NCBI GenBank assembly: GCA_000708835.1
Contig: DF237220.1
Location: 1 to 64,000 of the forward strand
Length of the DNA: 64,000 nucleotides
Direction: 5' to 3'
From: Klebsormidium nitens
Taxonomy: Eukaryota; Plantae; Klebsormidiophyceae
The position numbers and the translations under genes were made by a program. The notes below the pieces were generated by a model. The model saw nothing but the letters and a program-made list of their open reading frames with translations, was not told where the DNA came from and made no database searches. Positions 48,401 to 61,500 of this stretch are shown here, one piece after another (the stretch's first letter is position 1; the number at the start of each line of letters is the position of its first letter).

Positions 48401-51258
48401 AGCACACCAGGTGGGCCGCGCTCACGCCCTTGCGCAGGGGGGGGGCGCCAGGGCCCACAAGGGGGAGGGGGCCCTGCAGCCAGGGACGTTCTCGGTACAA
48501 GCACGCCAAAAGGACCTTTTCGCTTGGACAGATGTGTATTTTCAGCTGGGGCCCGCTCTCTGGCGTCGCGACATCAGAATAATGCTCAGAGCTTTGCGTA
48601 GCCGTGAGGTATGTTAGAGTTCAAGGGCACATTCGTTACCCTTTGAAGAAAACAAGCTATTGCCATGCACTGCTTGCAGCATTGTGAGCGACCAGCCACT
48701 CTCACCTGGGTGAAGCATCTTGAACGACGACGTTTAGTGCTCCGGCGGATACTTTACTGGTTCAACGTTCAGTTCGACAGGTCCACCTGTCACTACAACC
48801 GGTCACAAGCGGATTTTGAGAAGCAAAAGCGAAGTACATCAGTGCGGACTCCAACCGCTGATCCCTCACTATCGACCCCCCACCTGCAAGGCTGGCGAGC
48901 ACTCGTAGGGCACGTGTGCCCTTGCTGCAATCACCATCCCGGTGGCTGCCCTGACGGCTTCAGAGCGGGCCGGCGATGCTGACGTGGCACGCCGTTCAGA
49001 AAGGGGGAAGGTCTCGTGGAGCCAGGCCAGAGTGGCCTCCGTGAAGGGGGTCCCCTGCGAGGCACACTGCTCCATGTCGCGCACCAGGGACAGGATGCTC
49101 TCGTGGGAGAAGAGGCTGCAAGGTGACAGGGGGACTGTGAGGGAGGCAGGAGAAAGTTCGGGAGGGTGGGCATACACGTGGCGGTGTGAAGGCGGGAGCA
49201 GCCTCATTACAATGCCATCCCTGCAATCGAGCAGGCCTGGGAGGCACAGCGGAGGATCGGCAGCCACTTGCAACACCACTCCTTCACACAGTCCGCTTCA
49301 AATTGCAATGAGGACGACAGGAAGCTGGAATACTGAAAGGACACATCAATACATAGATCAATACACTATGCTCACGACATGGATGAGACCGAAAGGTCGA
49401 TGCTCAAGAGCGGCATGGTCGGTGCGAACCACTTGCTATTGTGCGCACCCTTTGCCTCGCTCACCTTCCAAAGGGGACCACGGGACACAGAGGCAGGATG
49501 GCCCCGTCGCTCCACAGGAAAAAGACCTGCAAACAACCACGAGAATTGCTGTCAACCAAGAGATTCACCGCCACGCTAAAGTGAGTCAGCCGGCCATCTG
49601 CTCTCCTTACAGAGGAGGTCCAGAGGAGGTCCAGGTGCGCCGCAGACACAAGCTGTCAAACTTTTCGCGACCTTACTTCCAGCCAGTCCCAGGTCACTTC
49701 AAATTGCAACGAAACACTTGAGACTAGACAGTAGACAGCTGCAGTGGTTTGCTCACGGTGAACTTTTCCCAGAGATGCTCCCCCCCAAAGACAAGGTCGA
49801 CTGGGCGCGCAAAGCCACGGGGTGGGGCGTGGGCCCTTTGGAGATAGTACTCCTGCTCCGGGGAGTCCTTATCCTGGGACAGGTCGAACAGGCTGCACCA
49901 CCACAGCAGGAGAGTCACGGCTCCCAGCACGTACCGGAGCAAAGCTCCATCAATGGTTTAGAGTGCGTGCACATCCCATTGAGGATACTCGGCAAGAAGG
50001 GTGACTTCAAGTCGGGCAGTGCAAAGCATCAGCTGAAAGAACCTTCTGGTCTCCAATCAAAGCAGCTTTATCGTGACTGGGTTGAAGACGGACAAGTAGC
50101 AGCCTACTAAAGGTTGCAAGAGGTTTGAATGCTGCAGAGGAACTTACCGGAAAACTCCGTCTGAGGAGAGGATTCCCAGGTGCGTATCACTGCTGGGATG
50201 CCACGCCACCCTCAGGAGCGCCGGGCCCGCTTCGCCCCCAGGGAAGATGGCCCCCGCAATGGAGTGGACGCTGCACCACAGATCCAAGCATACAAAGTCA
50301 GCAGTCTTTACGAACCGCGGAGAGCAGCGCAGTCAGTCGGCTTTTAATGCGATGCCGCGGTGCACATTCTTCCACCAATCCTGAACTTTCCTGGCTTCTG
50401 CTACCCAGCTTTTTAGAAAGCGTTGTCAGGCCGCTTCCTTAGGGGGTCAGGCTGAGCATTTGAAAGATGCCTTTCAGTCGGTGAAATGGCTCTGGCGTAC
50501 TCACGAGCATGACGCCACTTCTGGAGAGTCTGTGCCCTTGGAACTCTGTGCATCAAGCACGGCCAGAGCGGACTCCCCCACCAACGCGACGTAGCGCCCG
50601 CTGCGACTCACAGTGATGGAGACGATGGGGAAGTCAAGGGCGGTGGTGGGGACCAGCGTCTGCACAGTAAACAGGGGCAGGGGGGACCGGTTCTGCCTTA
50701 TGCATTGCAAGTGCTGATGTGTTCTGGGGACCAGGGGAGCTTTCAAGAGGCTGTTTCAAACAGCTACATAGAGTCAGGTTCTTTTGGTTTCACCAAATCA
50801 GAATGGGAAAAAGCTGGGCGACGATTGTACCACCACCCGGAAACATACTTTGCTGACATTAGCTGCACAGTGAAATCCAGAGAACCCAATCAAGGCTAAA
50901 GAATTAGCAGAACCCAAGCTCTGAAACCCCTCTCCTTTCAAGAGGATTTCTCGAGTGACTTACATGTTCACCTGTCCTAAGTGCACTGGCCAGCGGTGCT
51001 ACTTACATCGAAAGGGGAGTCATGGCTGGACGACTGTAGGGTGGCCAGGCTGCCCGAGCCCGCGTCCCGATCAACGCTAACGTAATGGAGCACACCACCT
51101 TCAGGATTCCACACGTACAAGCGCCCCGCATGGTCATATGCTGACAAGGATGGTTGCGCCACATTGTTGGCAAGCTCCCAGGCGGCATCGCTGTCAAAAG
51201 CCTCAGAGAACACCAGGTTCTCCTCGAGCTGCGGCTGCTGCCGCCCCGGCTGTGTCAT
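45460..51258 (-). CDS. NUP88: Nucleoporin NUP88/Nup82 (MOS7): beta-propeller + C-terminal coiled coil; last exon tentative
   Basis: VAWHPSSDTHLGILSSDGVFR|LFDLS, PEQEYYL, FGGEHLWEKFT|VFFLWSDGAILPLCPVVPFG, YIEYAHRAHVEL and PLTAAERAYRSEL. In-phase GT-AG chain of about 11 exons. Confidence 0.88.
46197..46390. mobile_element. Degenerate fold-back element, copy B, in a NUP88 intron; G-quadruplex-prone core
   Basis: Inverted arms GTGACAATTAACGGG (46213-46227) and CCCGTTAGGTCAC (46361-46373). The core GGGGTGGGGTGGGTAAGGTGGTTAGGGTGAGTTGGG shares GGTGGTTAGGGTG with copy A. Confidence 0.4.
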
Positions 51259-51368
51259 TCTTGCGCTACCTTAGACCCCGTTAGAGCCTGCTCGCTGGTC
51301 GCAGCAGAGCTGCACGCAGCATAGATCAAGCAATGGCCACAAAGCTCAAACTTCAAAATTTTCCAGCT

Positions 51369-51407
51369 GGCCCAGCTGGGCCACCTGGTTTTCATGTTTT
51401 AGGGTTT
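51369..51407. promoter_or_regulatory. Site II palindrome + telo-box in the NUP88/FNBP4 divergent promoter
   Basis: GGCCCAGCTGGGCC (51369-51382) is a 14-bp palindrome with two site II cores. TTTAGGGTTT (51398-51407) is a telo-box. Both lie in the 322 bp between divergent ATGs. Confidence 0.55.
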
Positions 51408-51580
51408 CCTTTTCCAAGTTTGCCGTTTCTGCCACAACTTCAAGAAAGACGAGTGGCACAGCGGAAGCTTTCACTGTCAGAGCTGCAGCTAGGCGTTTCG
51501 GTTATCGCCATTGGCATTCTCACCCGTGGTCCTGGACAAATTTGAAGGCCGGCAGCCGGTTGGCGGCAGGTTTGCCGATT

Positions 51581-54500
51581 ATGGGGCGGAAGCGGGACCG
51601 CAAGCAGTCTAACGCGGTGTTGGGCGGAGGCGCCGGTGGTCGTCGAGTGAAACTCGACCTTTGGACGCCTGACCCAATTGCGGAAGCAAGGAAGGCCCGA
51701 GAAGCAGCTTCTGCGGCAGCCCCTGCAGAAGCACAAGGTGCGGAGCCACAAGATGCCGCAGTGGTCAAGCATTCGCGATGATTCACGTCTCTTTGCTTCT
51801 CATGTCTATAGGATGAAATGTGAAGAGCCGGTATTTGACATGCTTTTTGTAATTGACTATTTGCAGAAGCTGCTGCTGAGGACAGGGCCCCGCTTGGAGC
51901 CCCATCTGACAATGGAGAGGCCACGACGGGAGGGCCCAAACTTGCAGAAACAGGTGGGTACAGCGGGACCCCTGAGCCCCTGTTAACCCAGTCTACTCCC
52001 TGGTCTTGCGATACCCTGCTAACAAGTGCCCTGCGCTGCGCTTCTCCTTTGCTGCGCCGCGGCAAGAGGCCGTACGCAGGCTGTGGTTCCATGCAATTGG
52101 GGCCACATCCGGCAACAGGGAGGGCTGCGACCACTGCGTCCCAAATCGGGCTGGTGGTTACGGTGGAGCGGATGCAAGTTCGCAACGGGGCAGGGTAACG
52201 TATCCCTCTCTACACCACACTGGAAATGAAGCAGTTGCTGAAAGTCCTGACAATTGTCGTGCACTGTCAAAATACTTTACGTGTTGAATGTTGTCTGCTT
52301 GACGCAACTGAAATCCCAGGTTCTCGCATCAGTGCCTCGTTGGCAGGATTGTGAGCGATTGAGAGAGGAAGTCGTTCAGAAACGGAGGATTCTCAGCAGA
52401 CAAATTGGAGATCATCTTGAACGTTTTTGCCTCTGGTCTTGGGAGCTCGCTGCCACCCTTTCAAGATGGGCATCGTGTCACTTTCTATATGTTGGAATCA
52501 AAAAGAGTTATGCAGGAAAGGAACTCTGTCAGATGAGTGCGGATCAAACCTAAAAAAGCCAGGCATGGGTAGAAAGTGCTTCGTCCTGCTTTAAGTATTC
52601 ATGTTCTCTTGAAGTTGATATGGCAGTCTATACTGTCTGCATGAAACAGAAAGTGGAGAGCCAGCTGCCCTTGACAAAAGATGGACAGCTATGATGTCCG
52701 CGGTGCTGCCTCAGTGACGTACTTCTGTGTATCCTCACATTGCCTCATGTATCTTCTTTGCAGCTCCCTCCGGTCTGCGCCACCTGATTGGTGCTTACAG
52801 TGAGGATGAAGAGGATGAGGCATCTCCCCAGGAAGAGGCAGCAGCGCCAGCTGGAGCACCAGGAGAAGACGTGGATGACAAGGTGACCCACAGCGGCAGC
52901 GGACTTTTGCTTTCTCAGTGGGAAATATGCGCTAAAGTGTGGCACGGCTGGTGCTGAAGAAAGTCCGTCTGTCGAAAGGGTTGCCTGGCTCAGACTGGCG
53001 CAAAAAGACTGGCTGTTTGAGTGGACGTTTAAAAATAAGGCAGCGTGTAGCTGTAAGAAGCCTTTGAAATGGATTCTTTCGTCAGTCTCCCTTTCGTTCT
53101 TTGCTCTTTCAGGTCAAGAGCTTTCTGGCGGAGCTTGAGACGGACGGGCTTCTGGAAGAAGGCGAAGAAGCGGCTGTGGAGGAGGACCAACAACCGACAG
53201 AAACGGGCGGTGTAACGTCAGACCATGATTCAGGGGCGGTGGCTCTTGGACACGAGGTGCAGAGAGCGGGGGGCGCTGGCGCAGGAGAGAGCGAACGTGA
53301 TGATGGGGAGGGGGAGGACGAGTTTGTGGAGGAGGGCTGGCAGGCCATCCTGGACCCGGGGAGCGGAGAGCACTACTACTGGAACACGCTGACGCTAGAA
53401 ACGACCTGGGACAAGCCCAGGACGATCAAGCGCAGGCGCGGGGGTGACCCGGCACTGGCCCCGCAGGATGAGGCGGGGGACGGCAGCGGAGTCGCTGCAA
53501 GTGTCGAGCCAGGGGAAGCCGGACAGGGGGGCCAAGTGGAGGAGCAGGAGCAGGGTGGGGAGACGCAGCCTGAAGGCCCTTCCGTACTAGAGACGGGCAG
53601 GGAGGAAGGCAGTGAGGGTGGGCTGAACACTGGTGAGAAGAAAGGACGGCTCTTGGAAGGAATCACTGCAGAAGGTTTGGGTGCGGACAGGGAGGAAGGG
53701 GACGCTGCTGGCCCTCTGCCATCGAAAGAGGATGTTCTCGAAAGTGTGCCCAGCACCGCAGAAACAGATGGTGCCGTGACACAAGGAAGGGTCTTGGACG
53801 ACGAAGCGCTCCCTGCGGTCCAGAGAAAGGTCGTAGAAGTTGGGGCCACTTCTGATGAAGCCATCGATTCTGGGGATACCTCAGAAGCATCCGACAGCGA
53901 GGATCAAGTGGACGAAGATGGTCATGCAGCGGATGCTAGAGAGGCAGGGCCTCAGGCGAGGGGACAGGGGAGCACAGGGGAGCGCGAGCGGGTCCCTGGG
54001 AGTGTGGTTCGGGATGACGAGAAGACGAGGAGCGAACAGGAGGAGCTGGTCAGCGGTCTTCTGCAAGAAGGGGCGGCACTGGTGCGGCGCCTGCAAGAGC
54101 GAGCAGGGTAAGTGGCGACTGAAAGATTCTGCCTTTCTATGTGATGACAAAATTGAAGTAGAATTGTTTGCCAGAAGTTTCTCCTACTTGTGATAACGGT
54201 TGGCCGCTTCTGTGGCAATTGGTCTGTGGGCTCTTTGGACCTTACTAGTTTGTTTAGGACGGAAATATCTCTTTCCTTACCAAAGCCTGCACTCGTGGGT
54301 CTCGAGTCACTGGCAACTCAGGACCTCTCTCTGAAGGCAGGGATATGCCACTCTCCAGGAGCTGCCTCCTTGTGGATTTAAGCTCTGTCCGTTTGTTGTC
54401 TTTCTCCAAACACTCCACCCCGAATCGAGAACTGATATTATACTCGTATGGTGAAATCGAAGAATGTTCTGCGTGGCTCAAAAGACAGTTAATTAAGACT

Positions 54501-57500
54501 CGGGCCAGCCGCAGATGTCGTCACATTTGATGTCAAACACGAAGTCCTTGGTTTGGTTCCTCCCAGCAGGCCGTCTTTAGCGCATGTCTCCCCGTTGGCG
54601 CGCTTGGCCATCCAGGCGGAGACGGTGTCCTCTCTGGCGTTGAAACTGCAGACCGCCAACAGTGCAAACACGATTTGGGCCCGCATCTGTGAGCAGCTTT
54701 TGCTTCTCTCTGCGCGTGCCACCGAAATGGAGGGCATGGCAGAGGGCGGGCGTGGTACTGGCCGCACAGAAGGAGAGACGCAGGGAGGCTCTGATGGGCC
54801 GCACACGGACGAAGAGATTGAGGCGCTGCTTGAAGACGTGGAACCAAACAGGGAAGAAAACTTCAGGGATCGAGAGACACGGCCAGAGAGCTCCGGAGCC
54901 ACGGGCATGAGGCTGTTTCCGATTCCTTATCGGGGCGTGCCACTCACGGGAAGTAGTGCTGGAGAGGGAAGTACAAGCGGGATGACTCCAGAGGTTGGGT
55001 CGGCCCAGCTTGGTGGGCAAGAGGAGAGAACGCCGTCAAAGGCTGAGCTGTTGCAGAGAAAGACGGCAGACCTGCAGAAGCGGATGGCTGCCATCCAAGC
55101 GTTCAAGACGCCCGCGAGCGAGCCCCCAGCCGAGGCCACCGCCTTGGTTGGGCTTGCCGGCTACGGGTCCGAGATGGAGGATGGGGAGATCGCACCCTCG
55201 GACGAGGCCCCCACCTCGGAAGGTGCCAGGCCCGCCAGCCGCAGCGGCCGGTCAGAAAAGCCGTCGGGGGAGGACGACATGGGGATTGATAACACCGAGG
55301 GGCGGCCAGAGGCCGGGGTGGGTGCGCCGGGGCAGCTCCGCAGCACGCTGCAGCAGCTGCTGGCGCTGGGGGCCTCTCTCCACGAGCAGTCGGGACAAGG
55401 GGCTACCAGGGGGGTGGGGACTAGTCCTACCCCACCGCCAGGGGCTGCTGCCTACCCCGAAGCGAGTCTCTTCACGCCCCAAAATCCGTATCCGAACCCG
55501 CCCCCGATGCCGTATAACGGGGCGGAAGCAGCGCCTGAGCCACCGTCGTACGACCCTTTTGCCGAGGCCCACCCCCCGCCGCCCCCAGCCAGCCCTCCAC
55601 CCGAAGACACGTGGCCAGCTCAGCCGCCCTTCCCTCCCGAAGAGGCGTTGCTTCTGGAGCCTCAGCCCCCTCTCAGCATAGTCGAAGCTGCGGTGGTCCC
55701 CGTAGTGGAGCCTCCACAGGTGCAAGGCCCCGTTCTATTCGCGCCTCCAGTGCGTGTGGCTCGGCCGTTGGAAGCGGTGCCGAAAGTAGAGCAACCCAAA
55801 TCGGTCGCCGAAGCAGCCGCGGCAGCAGCAGGAGCAGCAGCGGGCTCGCGAAAGGGTGAGCGAATATCTCGAAGGGGCTAGCTACCGCTGGTGTTTCCAT
55901 GCACGCACCGTTCGGATGGGATCAGGAAGGCCGCTTCCCCATCATGGAGGCCTCCTAATGGAGGGGCTGCCATGCTGGTCCTGGTTGGTTCGGCCGTTTA
56001 GCTGGTTCGTCATTGCTCCCTTGAAGGGTCTATTGCAAACTGGCTGATGACAAGGGCCCGACTAGCTTCTGCTCTCTTGCCGAAGTGTTTCCTTATTCGA
56101 CCTCGTGTTTACCGTGCAGCCAAGCCGAAGAAGCCCGCATCTGCTCCTGTCGGGCGGGGGCTGTCCTCCGCCAAGAAGGTGTCGTCGCTCATGGACAAGG
56201 TGGGCCGTACACCCTGCCACCACGGGGTGTTGAACAAGATTGCCGGCGTCAGCCGGAGATCTTGCTGCATTGCCGTTTCTTATGCTGGCAGGCTCTGAAG
56301 AGTTGTTTCGGCAGCTTTACCGAAAGACACTATCATTGCGATCCGAAGCCGTCTTAATATCGTCAGCAGCCTTCGCATCATACTTCCTGCTTTCAAACGA
56401 ACTTAAGGCAGATTTGAAACTGTACATGTCAACCTTTGAAGGTGCTGAGGCAAAGGAGCTCCTCGCTTCAGTGTTTGGAGGCACAGTGACTGTCGTCATA
56501 TGTCTGTAGACGATATTACGGGACCCCTCGTTCATTTCCCCCATGTTTCGGGTGCAGTGGAAGGCGGCGGCCCAGGATGCGCAGCCCCGCAAGGAGGGCC
56601 CTCTCTCTGCTGAGGAACTGGAGCGGCAAAAGGCCGCGGAGCTCGAGGTGAGGCCGCAGCCGGCACAAGGAAGGAAGCTAGCGCCTAGGTGCCAAGAGCA
56701 TCACTGTGCATTGTGCCCTACTGACTGGCCGGATTTGGCAGCTGTCAAAGGAGGCGGTTGCTTTCCACGCGACGTTCGCCACGTTTATGTTCGATACGAG
56801 CCGTCTTTCCGACGGTTGTCGTTTGTTTGGCTTTGTTCCTCACTTCCACCAGTACGGTACGATCTTCTGTTTGGTCCTAAGCGACCCCGTTTGCGTCTGT
56901 CCTCCATTGGCCTCTAAAGGCTGAAGAAACCGCTTTGGACACCTACGACGACAAGACTAAAACCGAGGAGGGAACAGGTAGTCACCTGGTTGCTCTGCCC
57001 GCAACCTTGCAGGAGTGGAGGCGGCAGCAGATTGCCAGCGGGGAAGCCGATAAGAACGCCAACTTTGCGCCAGTCGAAGGGGACTGGTGAGAAAGCACTC
57101 CGCGTGTAGCATCCGGCATCCTACTCCCTCCTGTGTTGGCGCGTGCTTTGAACGAAAGCCTTCACTTGTTACGCATCCGCTTTGTTCGTGATGCTTATAG
57201 CACTCACGAAGCTACTGAAGGCAGCGAATCCAGTTTCCTGGGCCCGCGCGTTGGTGCAAAGTAAGCTGATCACACGTGTGCGATCACATTCAGAGTATTG
57301 CTGTGCTACATTTTTAGACAAAGAAGCATTTGTCCTTCTTCCTGGACCTTGTATAAGCTGGTAAAGTTCCTTGGTTGCAGGCGGAAGCGCGTGAAGAAGG
57401 CGCAGAAGCAGGCCGAGAGGGAGGCGCGCCAGGCTGCGGCTCCCAGCGTCAGTCCGCCGCACGCGGACAAGCCCGACCTGGCGGCTCTCGCGAAAGGGCT

Positions 57501-57949
57501 GCAACCGGGCTGGCAGGTGAGCAGTCCCGCCGTTGCCGGTGCTTGGCTACCGAACCGTATTCTGCTTCGCACTACACGTTCACTTCGTTGATTGAGGTAG
57601 CGCGAGGGTGATGGCGTGTCAAAGATGTGCAAGCTGTGGCGAGGGTGGGGAAGCTCGGCAGCACTTCAAGTGTGCAGCGAATCATCTGCTCAGGTTTGCG
57701 GGATAAGAACGGAAGCTTGCCTGGCGTTGCTCTTGCGACGTTGTCGGAAAGGGGAAGGCCAACGGAATCTGCCTCTTGGAGTTACGACTCAAGGGTTGAT
57801 GTCTGAGTTCCTTTCACATCTTCGACGATTGCAACGGACTCAAGCGTCGCTTCTTCCTGCTGCAGCCGTTCTTGGATCCAGGCTCAGGTGACGTGTATTA
57901 CGGTAACCTGCGAACGTCCGAGACGACATGGACAAGGCCGGCCGGGTGA
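51581..57949 (+). CDS. FNBP4: FNBP4-like two-WW-domain protein
   Basis: MGRKRDRK...GRRVKLDLW and LIGAYSEDE. WW1 is EGWQAILDPGSGEHYYWNTLTLETTWDKP. Then KVSSLMDK|W and EWRRQQIASGEADKNANFAPVEGDW|R. The C-terminal WW is PGWQ|PFLDPGSGDVYYGNLRTSETTWTRP. TGA at 57947-57949. Confidence 0.88.
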
Positions 57950-57981
57950 CACGTGACTTGCGGGTAGCCGTCCTTGACATT

Positions 57982-58050
57982 AACTGTCGGTCCGACTCGG
58001 AACTGTCGGAATTGGAATTGTACGTCGGAACTGTCGGAAGTTGGAACTCA
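57982..58050. repeat. Short imperfect tandem repeat (AACTGTCGG x3) just downstream of the FNBP4 stop
   Basis: AACTGTCGG occurs at 57982, 58001 and 58029, with a TCGGAACTGTCGGAA..TTGGAA unit twice. Confidence 0.75.
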
Positions 58051-58514
58051 CGTCGCTGTAGCTGGCCGTACTTGCACGATGGGTGTGACGTCCAAAATCC
58101 TGTACTACCTAGGCTGTAGAGCTAGGTCCTAGTCCTCGCTCAAATATGTACCTACAGTGATTTTATTGTCACTGTCAGTGTCAGTATTCGATGTCAACAG
58201 CACTACTTCTGTTGGCTGGTTTCCGAGTTCGCGCACTATGTTACTATATACCATAAATAGAAGCGAACTTGTCTTACCTAGCGTCTTGCTTCGTCTTCTT
58301 GGTAGCTGTTGCTCAGCTCTTGTTGATGAGCTCGTGAATGTTGGTGAGACTGGGTCCTAGCAACTCGGAGGACTCGGGAGCCGCTTTCCCAGCTGCCCGG
58401 GTACATTGCAATCACATTGCAGAGGGAAATCTCCCCCAAAGCCTCCTTCAACCTTGTCGAAAGAAGCAAGCCTGCGGCAACAAGTGACGGATTCATTCAG
58501 AGATTCTGTGCAAA

Positions 58515-61500
58515 ATGGGCAACTGCGCCTGTGGCGCAAATGGCGCCAACGAGCGTTTTCTCAAGGAGCAAGTTCCTAACACCATAGCAAGTCTTTTTGA
58601 GTCGTATGCTGGCCGAAAGATAGCTCTTTCCGTGCAGGACTTGCAGCAGGTTTTGATAGACCAGGTATGCGACCTTTCCCAATTCTGAACACTTGCAGAG
58701 GTCTGCATGTCTGCACATGACTTCTTGAGGAGGTCTGCATTTTACTATATGTGGTGCAACATCATTCTGCTCAGCCTTTCTATAAAGCTTTCTGCAGGTT
58801 TAAAATACGTTTAAAATGTATGCTAGTCGTAGCTAGTCGAATGGACTTTATTGGGAAAACGTCCTTGTTTCCTCAGCCTGCTAATGCAAGCCAACATGAA
58901 GCAATCTGGTCCATCTATACAAGGACAATGAGACTCTCAGGCCACAGAAAACCCCAGCCATGTTCTGCAGAGGATCAACAATTCAGAGGCCCATGCGCGG
59001 CAGCTGATAGTAAAGCACCGGAAAGAAGTAGCATCGGGCGGGAAAGATGCCCTGGAACTGGAGCTACCAGGCTTTGCCTCTTTCCTTCTTGATGCAGACG
59101 TCAATGCACTCCAGGATTGTGACAAGGTTGGTCAACTGGCAAACAACTCAGCTTCTTTTCACAGTGTGTCAGGTCTCTTGCATTACACACCTCTCAGCAA
59201 CTAGATACCTCTTGTGGCTGGGGGGGCTTATCATGCGGCTTCATAGCACTAAAAAGCTGTTCAGGTGGGCCTGCTTTTGTGCTTAAAGAATAGGATGCCA
59301 TAAATAGTTGGACCAATTATCTACTGCTCATCAAACATGGGTCCAACTTAGTGCGACTGTGTCAAGCTCAAGCTCAGCACTTATATTTGATCTCACCAAT
59401 TTGACACCAACTTGACCAAGCAACCCTGACGTTCACGAGAAGATTGCAGAATCGTTTAAAAGACAAGAGCGCTGGTGCAGCACCTATGTGTCAATTGAAC
59501 AACCCCCTACCTTGCAGTCTAGCTTTGACTTCCTTAAGCAAAATCTATGCCCTTAATTCCATTGAAATCTCAGGCCTTCTTTAAGCTGTGATGGTTTGTT
59601 CTCTGCGGTAATATCAAGCTGCTCAGCAATTGAGGAATGCCCCTTTCCCAACTTTCCGTCTTCTTCACAAGTTGAGTTAGGTAAGCTACTTCCCTGCATC
59701 CAAACATTGCTTGATTATTTCTGTATCCTTTTTGCAGCTTACCGTACACTGCCTGCTGAGATTAGCAGTCATCAAAGCTTCAAGTCTGACAACAATTTGC
59801 TTTACCAAAGATCTTCAGTACAGTCCTTCCTGAAGCTTTCAGAACAGCTTACATGGCTTTTCGTACCCCTTCTACCAAAGCAGTTCTGGTAAGAAAGATG
59901 ACATGTGCATTGCTTTCATTCACTGTCCTTGAGAGCCCTTTCCTTCAATTATGTACCCGATGTTCTCAAAAAATGTAGTGCAGAAGCCTTAAACTGCTGG
60001 CTCGTTGGACATGTGACACATGGGCCCATACAGGGAAGAGAGAGTCAAAACGTGGAGTCCTTGAGCCACCTCACCTCTGAGCGCTTGAATCATTATCTTA
60101 AGCCCATCATCACATTCTCCAGGTTACGAACAACATGCACCAGCCCCTCCCACAATATTTCATTCAGTCTGCCAGCAGAGCAGTTGAGGCGGCTGGAGGT
60201 ACCGTCGCCAGCACCCTTCTTGAGGCCTTGAAGGGAGGTGCCCGTGTGGTCGACTTGGAAGCGCGAGCAGATGGGGAGGAGATCAAGCTATCCACTGGTG
60301 GAATGTAAGCTCACCCATCGGTCATCTGTTTATTACAAGACATGGAAGGTGCCTTTCCAGGTCTCTTGGCATGTCAAACGTGTCAGAGGGCAAACAGGAG
60401 GATTGACCGTGGCAATGACTGGTTGTGATGCAAATCCTGTTTATGGGCTCGAGAAACAGTATATGTCAAGGTGCTCCCCGAGTCCTCATGGGTATGTTTC
60501 GCCTTGATCTGTAGAGTGTTCTTATTTTCCTTGAGTCAGCAAAGATACTTTGGCCAAGCGTCGCAAGACAAAAGCCAAAGCTAGATCAAAGGGTTCGCCC
60601 GTCTGCCAATTCGATTTCTTTGAAGCTTGTATCCTTGCATGCTTGCATGAGCTTGAATTTTGACAAAAGCTCCCGTTGGTGCTGCAATAACTTGCTCACA
60701 ACACTCTCCGCAGCTCAGATATCTGTAGGCGATCACTCGGGACCAGCCCTCGCTTCTTGACTATGTCACTAGAGAATTGTCATCAACATCTCCTCAACCT
60801 TGCGATTACAATTTCTGCAGCACTGCTCCCATACATGAGTTGCTGACTGCGGTCAAGGAGGGGGCGTTCTTGGCGTCAGACTTTCCTATCATCCTCGTGA
60901 TCGAGAACCGTCTCTCTGCACCGCTGCAGGATCTCTTAGCTCAGGTGTGTTTTGCTAAGGAGTCGAATGGGCGTGCTGGCACTTAATATTTGATCTTATT
61001 CAATGCTCTCAAGTGTCAATCTCTGATCCTCCATCTGGACCGAGCTCTTTACAGGCTGCTTAAAACCTTTTCTTATCTAGCAGGAACCTGATAATTTGTA
61101 AGTGGATTGGACATGTCGCGGCATTAGTCAAGGACAGACTGTTTCTCAAACGTCAGCAGCAGGTATTGGTGCACATGAGATTTGATAGTCCTCCTGTAAG
61201 CAGCCTTTTCATTCTGTACAAGATTGTTGTATATGCACACGCAGCCAAGAGCGAAAGGGATCCCTTTCAAATTGCTGTTGATCGAAGCTGCAGTGGTACA
61301 CCTGTTTGATTCAAGGTTCCCATTGCTTTCCTGCAGCAACTGAAGGACATTTTCGGCGAGTCGCTTTTCACACCCCCCAGTGGGACACCGGGCGCTGTTC
61401 TTCTCTCTCCGAGTGACCTAATACGGAAGGTCGTGATTGCCGAAGTGGCTACTGAATCACCGCCAAACGAGGCAGGCTCCGCAGCCGTCACCCCCAACAG

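Noticed and set aside
57982-58050. Short repeats as a CRISPR-like array
   Set aside because: The units are too short and irregular, there are no unique spacers or cas genes, and the context is eukaryotic.
14514-58330. Scattered TGATGA boxes as intronic C/D snoRNAs
   Set aside because: None had a suitably placed CTGA box, terminal stem or recognisable rRNA guide.
59723-59732. GTATCCTTTT, a perfect U12-type 5' splice-site look-alike
   Set aside because: The PLC-like exons join cleanly (DK|VTNNM) through the GT-AG intron 59127-60122. No upstream exon fits this site.
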